DNA from: an uncultured delta proteobacterium | GTDB lineage: Bacteria; Desulfobacterota; Binatia; Binatales; Binataceae | NCBI GenBank assembly: GCA_963808235.1 | Contig: CAWEEQ010000004.1 | Location: 1,280,001 to 1,344,000 of the forward strand | Reading direction: 5' to 3' | DNA length: 64,000 nt | Part shown: piece after piece, positions 1 to 9,763 of the stretch | Layout: the number at the start of each line of letters is the position of its first letter | Numbering within the stretch: the stretch's first letter is position 1 | Translations under genes and position numbers: made by a program | The notes under the pieces: generated by a model | Seen by the model: the letters and a program-made list of their open reading frames with translations, nothing else | What the model was told of the DNA's origin: nothing | Databases searched by the model: none

Positions 1-651
1 TGGATTCGGCTCCTCTACTGCTATCCGAACTTCGTGAGTGCCGAGTTGCTCGACGCGATCGCCGAGCTTCCCAAGGTGGTCAAGTATATAGACATGCCGC
101 TGCAGCATGCCGACGATGCGATCTTGCGTGCGATGCGCCGCGAGCGCTCCGGCGCCGCGCTGGTTAAACTGCTCGATCGGATTCGCGCGCGGATTCCCGG
201 CGTCGTGCTGAGGACCTCGTTCATCGTCGGCTTCCCCGGCGAGACCGATGCCGCATTTCAGCGCCTGCAGGATTTCGTTTGCAGCGAAAAGTTCGATCGG
301 CTGGGAGTGTTTACTTACTCGCGCGAAGAGAACACCAGCGCCTTCGACCTGGCGGATCAGGTGCCGGAACGGATCAAGCGCGCCCGGCGCGCCGAACTGA
401 TGACGACGCAGGCGGAAATTTCCCTGGGCAAGAATCACGACCTGGTCGGACGCGAAATGGAAGTGCTGGTCGAAGGCCCGATGCCTGGGCGCTCGAACCG
501 GCTACGCGCACGAACCTCTGGCCAGGCGCCGGAAATCGACGGCTCCGTGTTCCTTGCCGGCGACGCCGAGGCTGGAGAATTTGTCCGCGCACGAATCGAC
601 AAGGCGCTCAGTTACGACTTGCATGCGACCGTGACCGATGCGGTCGCTTAA
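1..651 (+). CDS. rimO: Ribosomal protein S12 methylthiotransferase RimO, C-terminal part (5' truncated by window)
   Basis: Frame open from base 1 (WIRLLYCYP); YIDMPLQH, RTSFIVGFPGET, GVFTYSREE, QAPEIDG and C-terminal TRAM domain typical of RimO. Confidence 0.92.
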   Translation, partial: WIRLLYCYPNFVSAELLDAIAELPKVVKYIDMPLQHADDAILRAMRRERSGAALVKLLDRIRARIPGVVLRTSFIVGFPGETDAAFQRLQDFVCSEKFDRLGVFTYSREENTSAFDLADQVPERIKRARRAELMTTQAEISLGKNHDLVGREMEVLVEGPMPGRSNRLRARTSGQAPEIDGSVFLAGDAEAGEFVRARIDKALSYDLHATVTDAVA

Positions 652-674
652 ATATACGGGGAGTCGCAAATCCG

Positions 675-1127
675 ATGACCAGCAAACCAGTTGCCGCCGA
701 CCGAAAGAAGTTTCTGACCAGCGCGCGCGAGAACTTGCTCGAGACCAAAGCGAAACTGCTCGGCGTCATCGACTCGGAGTTGCGCGCCGAACGCGAGAGC
801 AACAAGGACGAGGGCATGGATACTTACGATCTCGCGTCCGAAGAGCGCGATCGCGAAATCAATTTCATCCTCTCGGACCGCGAACGCGTGAAGCTGCTGC
901 AGATTGACGAGGCGCTCGAGCGTCTCGACGACGGCACCTATGGAGTTTGCGAGTCGTGCGGCCTCGAGATCGCCGAGGAGCGCCTCACTGCGATGCCGTT
1001 TTCCAGGCTTTGCCGCGATTGCCAGCAAGACCAGGAGCGCGAAGCCAAGTCGCAGCGCCGCTACGATGACGAGCCCAACGCCTATCGAAAGGTTGGTTCA
1101 ACCGACGCCGACGACGAAAGCGTCTGA
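675..1127 (+). CDS. dksA: DksA/TraR family C4 zinc-finger protein
   Basis: Coiled coil with DxxDxA tip (DTYDLA), ALERLDDGTYGVCESC...RL.AMPFSRLCRDC; ATG at 675 preferred over the longer ORF start. Confidence 0.85.
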   Translation: MTSKPVAADRKKFLTSARENLLETKAKLLGVIDSELRAERESNKDEGMDTYDLASEERDREINFILSDRERVKLLQIDEALERLDDGTYGVCESCGLEIAEERLTAMPFSRLCRDCQQDQEREAKSQRRYDDEPNAYRKVGSTDADDESV

Positions 1128-1278
1128 TCGCTAGTTGAGCCCGATCCGTCGAAAATATCCCGCCAGGTTGAGGGGCGATTGCGGCAGGCATTGTCTGCCG
1201 GACCCTTCAAACATAGCATCTTAACCAGCGTCGCTTGCGGGACCATTTTACATCGCATACGAGGGGCGGGACCGATTG

Positions 1279-2224
1279 ATGCGGATATTTTCCGATCTTG
1301 AGACGGATGGCGCGGTCAGGCCGCACGCCGATCTCGCTTTTTCGCGCGAAAGAATTCGCGCCAATCTGGCCGGCGTAGGCGCGACGATTGCGCTTGCGAG
1401 CGCTCGGGGCGGCGTCGGCAAGAGTGTAGTCGCCGTGAACATCGCGGCGGCGCTCGCGCTCAAGGGCAAGAAAGTTGCGATCGTCGACGCGGACCTCAAT
1501 TCTCCGAGTGTCGCGGCGATGCTCGGGATGAAGCCGCAACGAAATTTTCCGATGGTCGAAGGTATCGAGCCGGCCGCGGGGCCCCATGGTTTGCGCACGG
1601 TCTCGAGCGCGCAGCTAAACGGCGGCGAGGCCTCCGGCAATCAGCTTTGCGCAACACTACGAACAAACTGACGGTGAAAACGACGGTCAGGCTGTCACAC
1701 CTGCGCGACTGAATTCGCCCATACTCGGCTACACGGAAGCTCTGACTCGACTATTCGCACAAACTCAATTCGGTAACGTGGATCTGTTGATAGTCGATCT
1801 CGCGAGCGGGCTCGATCGCCTTCACTCGGTCGCTGCGATGGTTTCGCTCGACGGCGTGCTGCTGCTCAGTCATCCGTCGGAGCACGCTGCCCATGCCGCG
1901 CGCCATGCCTTCGAAATCGCGAGCATGATCGGCGCGCCGATCGTTGGCATCGTCGAGAATATGATTGGATTCAATTGCGACGGATGCCGCTCGGTGAGGC
2001 CGTTATGGCCGGAGGGCGATCTGCACGGCGTCGCGCGCGAGCACAAAGTGCCGATCATCGCGCGGCTGGCGTTCGAGCCGCGCCTCGCCGACAGCAGCGA
2101 TCGCGGCGTACTGTTCGTCCGCGAGCACGCATCCACGCCGACCGGCAAGGGCCTTATCGATCTCGCGAGCAAGGTCGAAGCGATCATCGCGACTCGCGCC
2201 CGCTCCGCACAGACGCCGGCCTGA
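1279..2224 (+). CDS. Mrp/NBP35 (ApbC-like) P-loop ATPase, divergent; one +1 frameshift near 1630
   Basis: ASARGGVGKS Walker A, IVDADLNSPS, GIVENM..FNCDGC; frame starting at 1631 (PPAISF...) runs open into ORF 1778-2224. Confidence 0.8.
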
Positions 2225-2225
2225 C

Positions 2226-4016
2226 TCAATCCGTATCAGAATCTTCGAGGTCGTTGACGCCGGTCATCACCGACTCGGCGCGGCGCGAATATTCGAACAT
2301 TCCAGCGCCTCGATGCGCTCCGGCGCGGAAGCTCGCGAAGCCAAGCGACGTATAGATGCGTGATTGTTCGGGTCCTGGCCGTGAAAGCGGGATGAAGCAT
2401 TCGGCGCGGCCTTCGAAGTCGAACGTCGATCCGTCGGGATTGGCAATCGACGCGGAAATGCTCTCAGGCGGTTCTTCGACAGAGGCGGTCTCGATTGAGA
2501 GTTCGTGGAGTTCGCACGCAGACCATCCGGTGGCGCGAAGAATTCTCGCGCTCTGAGCCGGGAACGCATCGTCAGTCTCGACCGATCGAGCTTCAAGCGC
2601 GCGCGGCGCTCCATCTCCTTCGAAGCATGCCCACAGCATTCGTCGAGCGGAGAACTTCTGCGGCCCCAGTCCGGTGAAGGACATCCCGGCGCGCGCGTAA
2701 CCGGTCACGGCCAGCGCCTTGCCGTCGACGCAGACACTTCCGGCAATTCGGCCGAACGCGGCGCTCGAAGAGGGCGCCGCCGCCGAGTCGGCGGACACCG
2801 ACAGAATTCGATCGAAGTTGAAATCAGTGTCTCCGCGGCCAGATTCGATCTGGAAACGGATTTCTACGTTCATCGCGTGATCGAGCCGGCCCGATGCCAA
2901 CGCGCGTTCGATACTCAAGTACGCGGTCGCATCAGGGACGATCACCGCTGGACCGCGAAACGAAAGGACGATCGCATCGCCCTCGCGCGTGAGCGATAGC
3001 GGCCCGTGCGCGACCGAGCTTTCCGAACGCGTCGGACGGCCCTCGGCGGTGAACAGTGCCGCGCGGCGGCTGTCGAACAGGACCATGATTCGCGCGCCCA
3101 TGCCCGCGCCGCCGACATCGAAGCTCGCCATTGCGCCGATGCGCGCGATGGGATCGAAGAACTCGAGACCGACTCGCCCTGGCGCGGCGCCCGTCGCCGC
3201 GGCGCCGATTTCCGGCCTTGCGATGTGCGGCCGCGGCGCGCGATTGACGACCATCCGAGCGGGTGACGGACGCGGCGCAGAGCCGTTTGGCGAGAATGCC
3301 GCCGCGATAGCTTCCTCGCATCGCGCGCGCAATTCGCCGGGCATCCGCAGCGCCACGGACAGTTCGAGTTGCACGGCGTCGACGCCGCCGCCGACGGAAG
3401 TTTCGGAAATCTTCTTCAGTGCGGCAATCGGACTCTCGCGATGACGCGACGAAAATGCCTGCAACAGATTCTGCAGGCCACCGCCCGGATAGCGCATCCC
3501 ATAGCTCGGCATGATGTTATGCGCGCGCAGCCGCTCAGCCAGATCGGTCAAGGGGCCGTGGATGAAATCGTCGCTCGCCGAGACGCAGGCCGAGCCCGGC
3601 GGGCAGAGTTCGCCGCCAATGTTGCGCAAGCCAAGGCCGATATCGACGCGCGGCTCGATTATGTTCCATCCGTGAACGAGCAGCACTATCGCGTGGCCGT
3701 GACGGGCGACAATCTCTGCGGTTCGGTCCGCGATCATCTCGAGCAACCACGGCGCCTGCTCGACGATCTGCGAAAGTCGGTTGCAGTCAAGCCGGTTACG
3801 ATCCATCCCGATGTTGATTAGCGCCGACGCGCCGAGACGAATCGCAAGTGTGCGCGTGATGTCGGCGGTATGAAGGTCGTTTACTTTCGGATTGAGCAGT
3901 GAGCGAGTGCGCGGCTCCGCGCGTCCACCGTGCGGCGCGATCAGTAGAAACGGCGAATCGGAATCGATCACCTCGAGCCATGAATCGGGCGCGCGATTGA
4001 GCATGGATTCAGGCAT
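2226..4016 (-). CDS. Hypothetical protein: N-terminal N-formylglutamate amidohydrolase-like domain plus beta-rich C-terminal domain
   Basis: LLIAPHGG, NDLHT, RNRLDCNR, LLVHGW, AVQLEL resemble the FGase/Zn-peptidase fold; 596 aa, last gene of the lipid operon. Confidence 0.55.
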   Translation of the reverse strand: MPESMLNRAPDSWLEVIDSDSPFLLIAPHGGRAEPRTRSLLNPKVNDLHTADITRTLAIRLGASALINIGMDRNRLDCNRLSQIVEQAPWLLEMIADRTAEIVARHGHAIVLLVHGWNIIEPRVDIGLGLRNIGGELCPPGSACVSASDDFIHGPLTDLAERLRAHNIMPSYGMRYPGGGLQNLLQAFSSRHRESPIAALKKISETSVGGGVDAVQLELSVALRMPGELRARCEEAIAAAFSPNGSAPRPSPARMVVNRAPRPHIARPEIGAAATGAAPGRVGLEFFDPIARIGAMASFDVGGAGMGARIMVLFDSRRAALFTAEGRPTRSESSVAHGPLSLTREGDAIVLSFRGPAVIVPDATAYLSIERALASGRLDHAMNVEIRFQIESGRGDTDFNFDRILSVSADSAAAPSSSAAFGRIAGSVCVDGKALAVTGYARAGMSFTGLGPQKFSARRMLWACFEGDGAPRALEARSVETDDAFPAQSARILRATGWSACELHELSIETASVEEPPESISASIANPDGSTFDFEGRAECFIPLSRPGPEQSRIYTSLGFASFRAGAHRGAGMFEYSRRAESVMTGVNDLEDSDTD

Positions 4017-4030
4017 TCAGATCGACGCTG

Positions 4031-4788
4031 CTACGTACGCGCGTTCAGTGCGGCTCGTGCGTGGAGAATAAACGACGCAATGAAGTAGTAGGCGATGAAA
4101 CTCAGCGCCGCCCACAGCATCAGGGGATTTACTGTCGGGCAACATGAAGAGCATCGCGACCGTGATGACCGCCCAGATTATTCCGAGCGTCAGCGTTATC
4201 GCCCGAAGTGGCACGGTGCGGTTTGGATATATGTACCTTCATCGGCACGAGGACCATCACGCCGAGAAGCAACAGGACGGCCACATTGAATAAAGTTCCG
4301 TAGCCGAGGCAGAACAGGTAGAACGCGACCAGGTTCCAATAATTCGGGAAGCCGAGAAAATAATGATCGTCAGTCTTGGCGCGGGTCTGGCAAAATCCAT
4401 AGACGCTCGCGAGCATGATGAAACACGCAAGCCCGAGGCCCCATCGCGAGCCCGGAATGATTCCCGCCTCGAGCATCAGGAACACCGGCGCGACCGTGTA
4501 GGTGAGGTAATCGACAATATTGTCGAGCAGTGCGCCATCGAAGGACGGCACTCGCATTTTGACCATCAGCATCCGCGCGAGCGGGCCGTCGCTCGAATCG
4601 ATGATCGTCGCGGCGCCCATTGCCAGGAACGAGGCGCGATAGTCGCCATGGGCCGCGGTGAAAATCGCGATCAGGCCGAGCGCCGCGCCGAGTGCCGTGT
4701 AGAGATGCACGCCCCAGGCGCATACCGTGAGAAATGCCTGGCGCGGAATCGCGCGAGGCAAACTTTCGGCTGCACCTGGTGAGGTCAA
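4031..4788 (-). CDS. pcs: Phosphatidylcholine synthase-like CDP-alcohol phosphatidyltransferase; frameshifts near 4236 and 4133
   Basis: AWGVHLYTALG, DSSDGPLAR...FDGALLDNIVDYLTY, KTDDHYFLGFPNYWN; corrected frames give KYIYPNRT and VNPLMLWAALSFIAYYF, ending at TAG 4031. Confidence 0.75.
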
Positions 4789-4789
4789 G

Positions 4790-5326
4790 TCATTTGTCCG
4801 GCTTGTAGTCGCGCGGTCCGAAATAATCTTCGAGCACCGTCATGAAGGGACCGCACGCGCGTTGTTTCTTGACTAGCATCATCGCCTCATCGAGCGACAT
4901 CCGCCGATACGCGCGCAGAAACGCGATTGCGAGCGTCGGCGCGCGATTCATTCCAGCGTTGCAATGCAGGTAGACGCGCCCGCTCGAATCGACCAGCTCG
5001 CGCAATTCGTGTAGCGCAATTTCGAGCCGCTCAGCCATCGCGTCCGCGCTGCCGTCCTGGATCGGGGTGCGAACATAATCGATTCCGTGCGCGTCATATT
5101 CACTGCGCAGGAGTGTCGGATCCAGACCATTCAGGCGCAAGTCTTCGTCGTCCTGCAGATTGTGCACCGCAGCAATTCCAAAGGTATCCTTCAGCCAGCC
5201 GATATCGTCCTGCCCCGGATATTCGCCGACCAGCAGTTCGTCGGATATCACGCTGACCGACGGACGCCGCCCGTTTCGAGTCGGTCGTGGATCGTGATCG
5301 TGCCGCTTGCTGAACCAATCAACCAT
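4790..5326 (-). CDS. Dual-specificity (CX5R) phosphatase family protein
   Basis: VYLHCNAGMNRAPT P-loop, PIQD acid loop. Confidence 0.88.
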   Translation of the reverse strand: MVDWFSKRHDHDPRPTRNGRRPSVSVISDELLVGEYPGQDDIGWLKDTFGIAAVHNLQDDEDLRLNGLDPTLLRSEYDAHGIDYVRTPIQDGSADAMAERLEIALHELRELVDSSGRVYLHCNAGMNRAPTLAIAFLRAYRRMSLDEAMMLVKKQRACGPFMTVLEDYFGPRDYKPDK

Positions 5327-5403
5327 AACCCAAATGTAACCATCCGCGGGGCCGGTATTCCAGCGCCACCGCGGTTTGCCCCGAAATGCCCGGCATTTGT
5401 GCG

Positions 5404-8400
5404 TTAAGCCTTGGCGTGTCCGCGCGGATTTTCGCGCGATCGTTCGGCTTTGCCAACCACCGGCGTCGACGATTCAGGAACCGCGGAGGGCGCGGGAAGA
5501 TCCTTCGATGCGGATAATCGTAGTCTTCGATTCGAGCCGGCGAGCGCGATAACCGTGTCGCGCATAAAGTCGGCGAGTTTGCGATAAGCGCCGGCGCCTT
5601 CGGAGCTGTCGGCGAGATCGCGTATTTCGGCGGCGGTGATCGCGCCCCCGATTCGGACTTCGACCGCGGAACGCCGCGGGACGAGACTGCCCTTGCCCAT
5701 CACGTCGTGAGTGCCGCGAATCAGCACCGGCAGCACGTCGCACTTGGCGCGCAACGCGAGAAATCCAGCGCCGCTCTTGAACTCATGAATTTCGCCGTCG
5801 GCTGAGCGCGTGCCTTCGGGAAACATCAGGACGCTTCTTCCTTGCGCGAGTTCGGCGAGCGCGTCTTCGAGCGATTCGAGTTGCGCGCGTTCGCGGTCGA
5901 ACGGCATCAGTGTCGTAAAATTCGACGCGAGAAAGCGCCGCGCCGGAGTGTTGAAGAAATAATCCTTGGCCGCGAGCACCCGAAGATCGTCGCCGATCGC
6001 ACCGAGCGCGTAACCGACCAGGCTGAAGTCGAGATGGCTCGAATGATTCGCGACTACGATAAAATTTCGATTTGCGGGGATGTTGCCGCGCCCGAGAATT
6101 GTCGGCTTCAGCCATCCGTCGAAGATCGCCCGCTCGGCGCCACGAACTGTCGCGCGCCCGAGCCATTTGAGCGGCGCCGGCAGATGAAATGTGTACGGCT
6201 CGGCAAACTTCGCGTAGGACGGCATCCGCTGGCGCCCGTTTCCGTTCGGTTGCGTAGACAACCGCTGCAGGTCCGCGACGCTGCGCAGGTCGGCGATCTC
6301 CTCGGGAGCTATATCGCGGCCCGCACGCTGGCCGATAAGCTCGCCGATCTCGGCCAGCGCGAGCGAATCGAGCCCGAGGTCCTCGATCAGACGCGTCGCC
6401 GGAGTGATATTGACCGGCTCCGACGCGATCATAGCCAGCGCCTCGGCGAGCCAGGTTTCTACTTCTGAATTGGCGGCGTCAGTCGCGACATCTTTGACCC
6501 GGACGTCGAGCATCCGGCGCAGTATCGCGGCGACCTCGTTGCGTTTGATTTTGCGGGTGCGCGTCCGTGGCAGTTCCGCATCGACATAACGGATAATCCT
6601 GATTCGCTTGTGCGCGCCGAACTCGCCCGCGACTTTCTCGAAATCGCCGCGCAGCCGATCCTCGACCGCGCGCCGGGTCTCTCCGCGCGAATACGCCGGC
6701 ACGACCAAGGCCGCGACCTGCTCGCCCTTACCGACCTTCAGTCCGACGACCGCCATCTCCTTCACGTACTGCGAACGGCCGTAGGCTTCTTCGAGTTCGT
6801 CTATATAGATGTTGTTGCCGCCGGAATCGACGATGACTTCCTTCGCACGCCCGACAACATACAGACGCCCGTCGCCGTCAAATCTCCCGAGGTCTCCGGT
6901 GTGAAGCCATCCGTCGCGAATAACTTCCGCCGTGGCCGCCTCATTGCGATAGTAACCCGCCATCACGTTCGGCCCGCGCGCCACGATTTCGCCGATCGAT
7001 TCACCTTCGGGATCGAGCTTGATCTCGACTCCGGTCAGCGGCTTGCCGACCGACCCTACCTGGTGCGCCTCGTCGGGTCGCGCGACGGCGAGCACCGGCC
7101 CGGCTTCAGTCAGGCCGTAACCCTCGAGCAGCGGAATTCCGATATCATTGAAAAAATCCGCGACTCGATGGGGCAGGGCGGAGCCGCCGCTGACCGCCAA
7201 CTTAAGCCGCCCGCCGAGCGCGGAATGAACCTGGCGAAATACGATCGAACCGAAGTTGAGGCCGGAGCCCGCGTCCAGCCGGCGATTGAGATCGCGCAGA
7301 TTGTCGAACGCCGCGTGGTAGAAGGGCCCGCGCTCCTCGACTTCGTCAACTATTCGCCGATGCACCGCCTCCCACACCGCAGGCACTCCGATCAGCGCGG
7401 TCGGACGCACGTCTGCAAGCGTTCTGGACAATGTCTTCGCGTCAATTTCCAGCGGGTAGACGATCGTCGCCCCACTCGCAAGCGGCAGCAGCATCCCGCA
7501 GGTGAACTCAAACGTATGATGAAGCGGCAGCAGCGACAGCACGACGTCATCGGCGCCGAGGACGAAGACTCGCGAGAGCATCGCGATCTCCGCGGCGAAA
7601 TTCCCATGCGTCAGCATCACGCCCTTCGGCGCGCCGGTGGTGCCGGAGGTAAAGACCAGAGAGGCGAGCGCCTTGCGTTCGTGCTGGGCGGGCGGCGCTT
7701 TCGCTTCGCCACGTAAAATGAACGGTCGCCCCAGCTCGGCAATGTCGAGCTGGAGAATCTTGCGGTTCATATCGCCGAACGCGTCGCCGAGGCGTTTGTG
7801 CACCGCGCTCGATCGAAGCGCGGCCGCCGGCTCGGCGATCTTGCAGATCGGCGCCAGTTCCTCGGCGGAAATCAAATGATCGAGCGGCACCGCGACCGCG
7901 CCCGCACATAGAATCGCAAAGTAGCCGAGCACCCAGTCGGGCGAGTTCTCGCCGATCAACAGCACTCGATCGCCCGGCTTGATGTTGCGCGTCGCGAGCA
8001 GCAGTGCCCCCCGATGCGCCTTGTCGCGAAGCTCGCGGTAGGTAGTCTGCGTCTGCTCGCCCGAGGGCCGCCGCGCGATCATTGCTACCTGCGATCCATA
8101 ACGCTCTGCCGCACGATCGAGCATGTCGACGAGGTTGCGATGACGCGGCAGGGATTTCGGGCGCCCGCGCGTATGCAGGTCGAGCTGCGGAAAAATGTGG
8201 CGGCGCAGTCCCGGCAGATGGACGTTGAGCCAGTAGTCGTGCCAATCGATCAAGTCGGGGCGAAACGGATGATGCGCAGCGTCGGCGGGCTTCAGCGTCG
8301 CATAGAGCGCGCGAATATTTCCGCCATGAAATGTGTAAACTAGCTCCTGTATGTAAGGCCGATAAACCTCGACTAGGTCGCGCGCGATATCGGTGTTCTC

Positions 8401-9763
8401 CTTGAATTTCCGGATCTCGCTTTCGATTTTCTTCGCGCGTTGATTTTCCGCGCCGACTACGTTGCGGACTAGCTCCGCGCCTTGCTCGAGAACTCGTGGA
8501 ATCGTTCGGCTCGCCAAATCGTAGGTGTTCTGCGACACCACGACCGCCTCCAGATGGCGCCCGAGCCAAGCCATTGAGCCGCTTTCCTTGCGATGCTCGC
8601 GGCGATTGCTGAGCCCGGTAAGCTCGACCAGCCGGCGCATCGGAAGCGGATTCCGATCCGACGTGCAGAGCTGGTAGATGGGCTTTTGCTTGCGGAGAAG
8701 GAGCGCGGCGAGAATCGGAATCATCGCATGCGCGGCGAGATCGACCGGGATCACATCGAGCACCAGGTCGGCCTTCGCCGGATAAAAGCGGTAACCGCGC
8801 CCCGCAAGATAAGTCAGCGGAGCGCTGGTGTTGACCCCCTGGTTCCAGCCGGGAAAAGGATCGCGAAGCGCACTTTCGATGACCGCCGGGCGCACGACGG
8901 TGACGTTCAATCGCCCGCGCTCGGCGAGCACAAGCTGCTCGCCGAGACTTTTCGTATAGCTGTACGTGTTGGGCCAACCCCAACTCTGCGCGCGCTTGCG
9001 TCCAACGTCCTTGAGCCGCTCTTCAACCCACTGCTTGCGGCGATGCTCGACCGCTGACTCGCGCGGACTCTCCGCGTCGAGGTCGTCGTCGCCGCGAAAC
9101 TCCGCGTGGCGGACTTGGTCGCGCGATTCCGCCTCGACCCGCGCGATCGCCGCGAGCGCGTCGCGAATCTCCCGCTCCAAGCGGAACGACTTGCGCCCGC
9201 TCGGGCACCAGTCTTCGGGGATGTCGTCTTCGTAACGATGCCCATCGGCAACTCCCGCCACGTAGCACGTCGATACGTGCAGCATCGCGGCGCCGAGGTT
9301 CGCACAGAACTCGATCACGTTGGCAACGCCGGTGGCGTTCACCTCGATCGCTTTTTCCAGCGACGCTTCGAAGTTCACCAGTCCTGCGCTATGCACCACG
9401 GCGTCGAGACTGCCCGGCTTGAATGGTTTCGCCTCGTCGCCGAGAAGACCGTCGTTGGTGATGTCACCTGGCACGACGATGATCTTTTCCTCGACGTGGC
9501 GATCGAACTGCTCGCCGAAGTGCTCGCGAACAGGGCGTCATCGCAGGCGAATCGAGAATCTCGCGCCGGAAACGGCCGAGACTGCTGCGCAGATCGCCGC
9601 GGATGAGCAAATAGATTTTCTCGATCTCAGGATGCCACCGAAGCATCATCGCGAGAAAAACTTTGCCGAGAAATCCGGTCGAGCCCGTCAGGAGAATTCG
9701 CCGGCCCTTAAACACCTGCTCGAGCGGCGGCATTGCGAGCCTATTTTTGCCGTTACTCGACAT
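5404..9763 (-). CDS. elbD: ElbD-like multifunctional enzyme: fatty acyl reductase (extended SDR) + acyl-CoA ligase + ACP + PlsC-type acyltransferase; +1 frameshift near 9533
   Basis: TGSTGFLG, GWPNTYSYTKSLGE (reductase); FTSGTTGAPKG, EGYGLTE, GWLHTGDLG (adenylation); DLGLDSL (ACP); NHSSHLD, FPEGTRS (acyltransferase); joins ORFs 9464-9769 and 5404-9474. Confidence 0.85.

Noticed and set aside
5404-9763. NRPS or carboxylic acid reductase secondary-metabolite cluster
   Set aside because: No condensation domain; the N-terminal reductase and C-terminal PlsC order fits ElbD-type lipid enzymes, whereas CAR enzymes are A-T-R.
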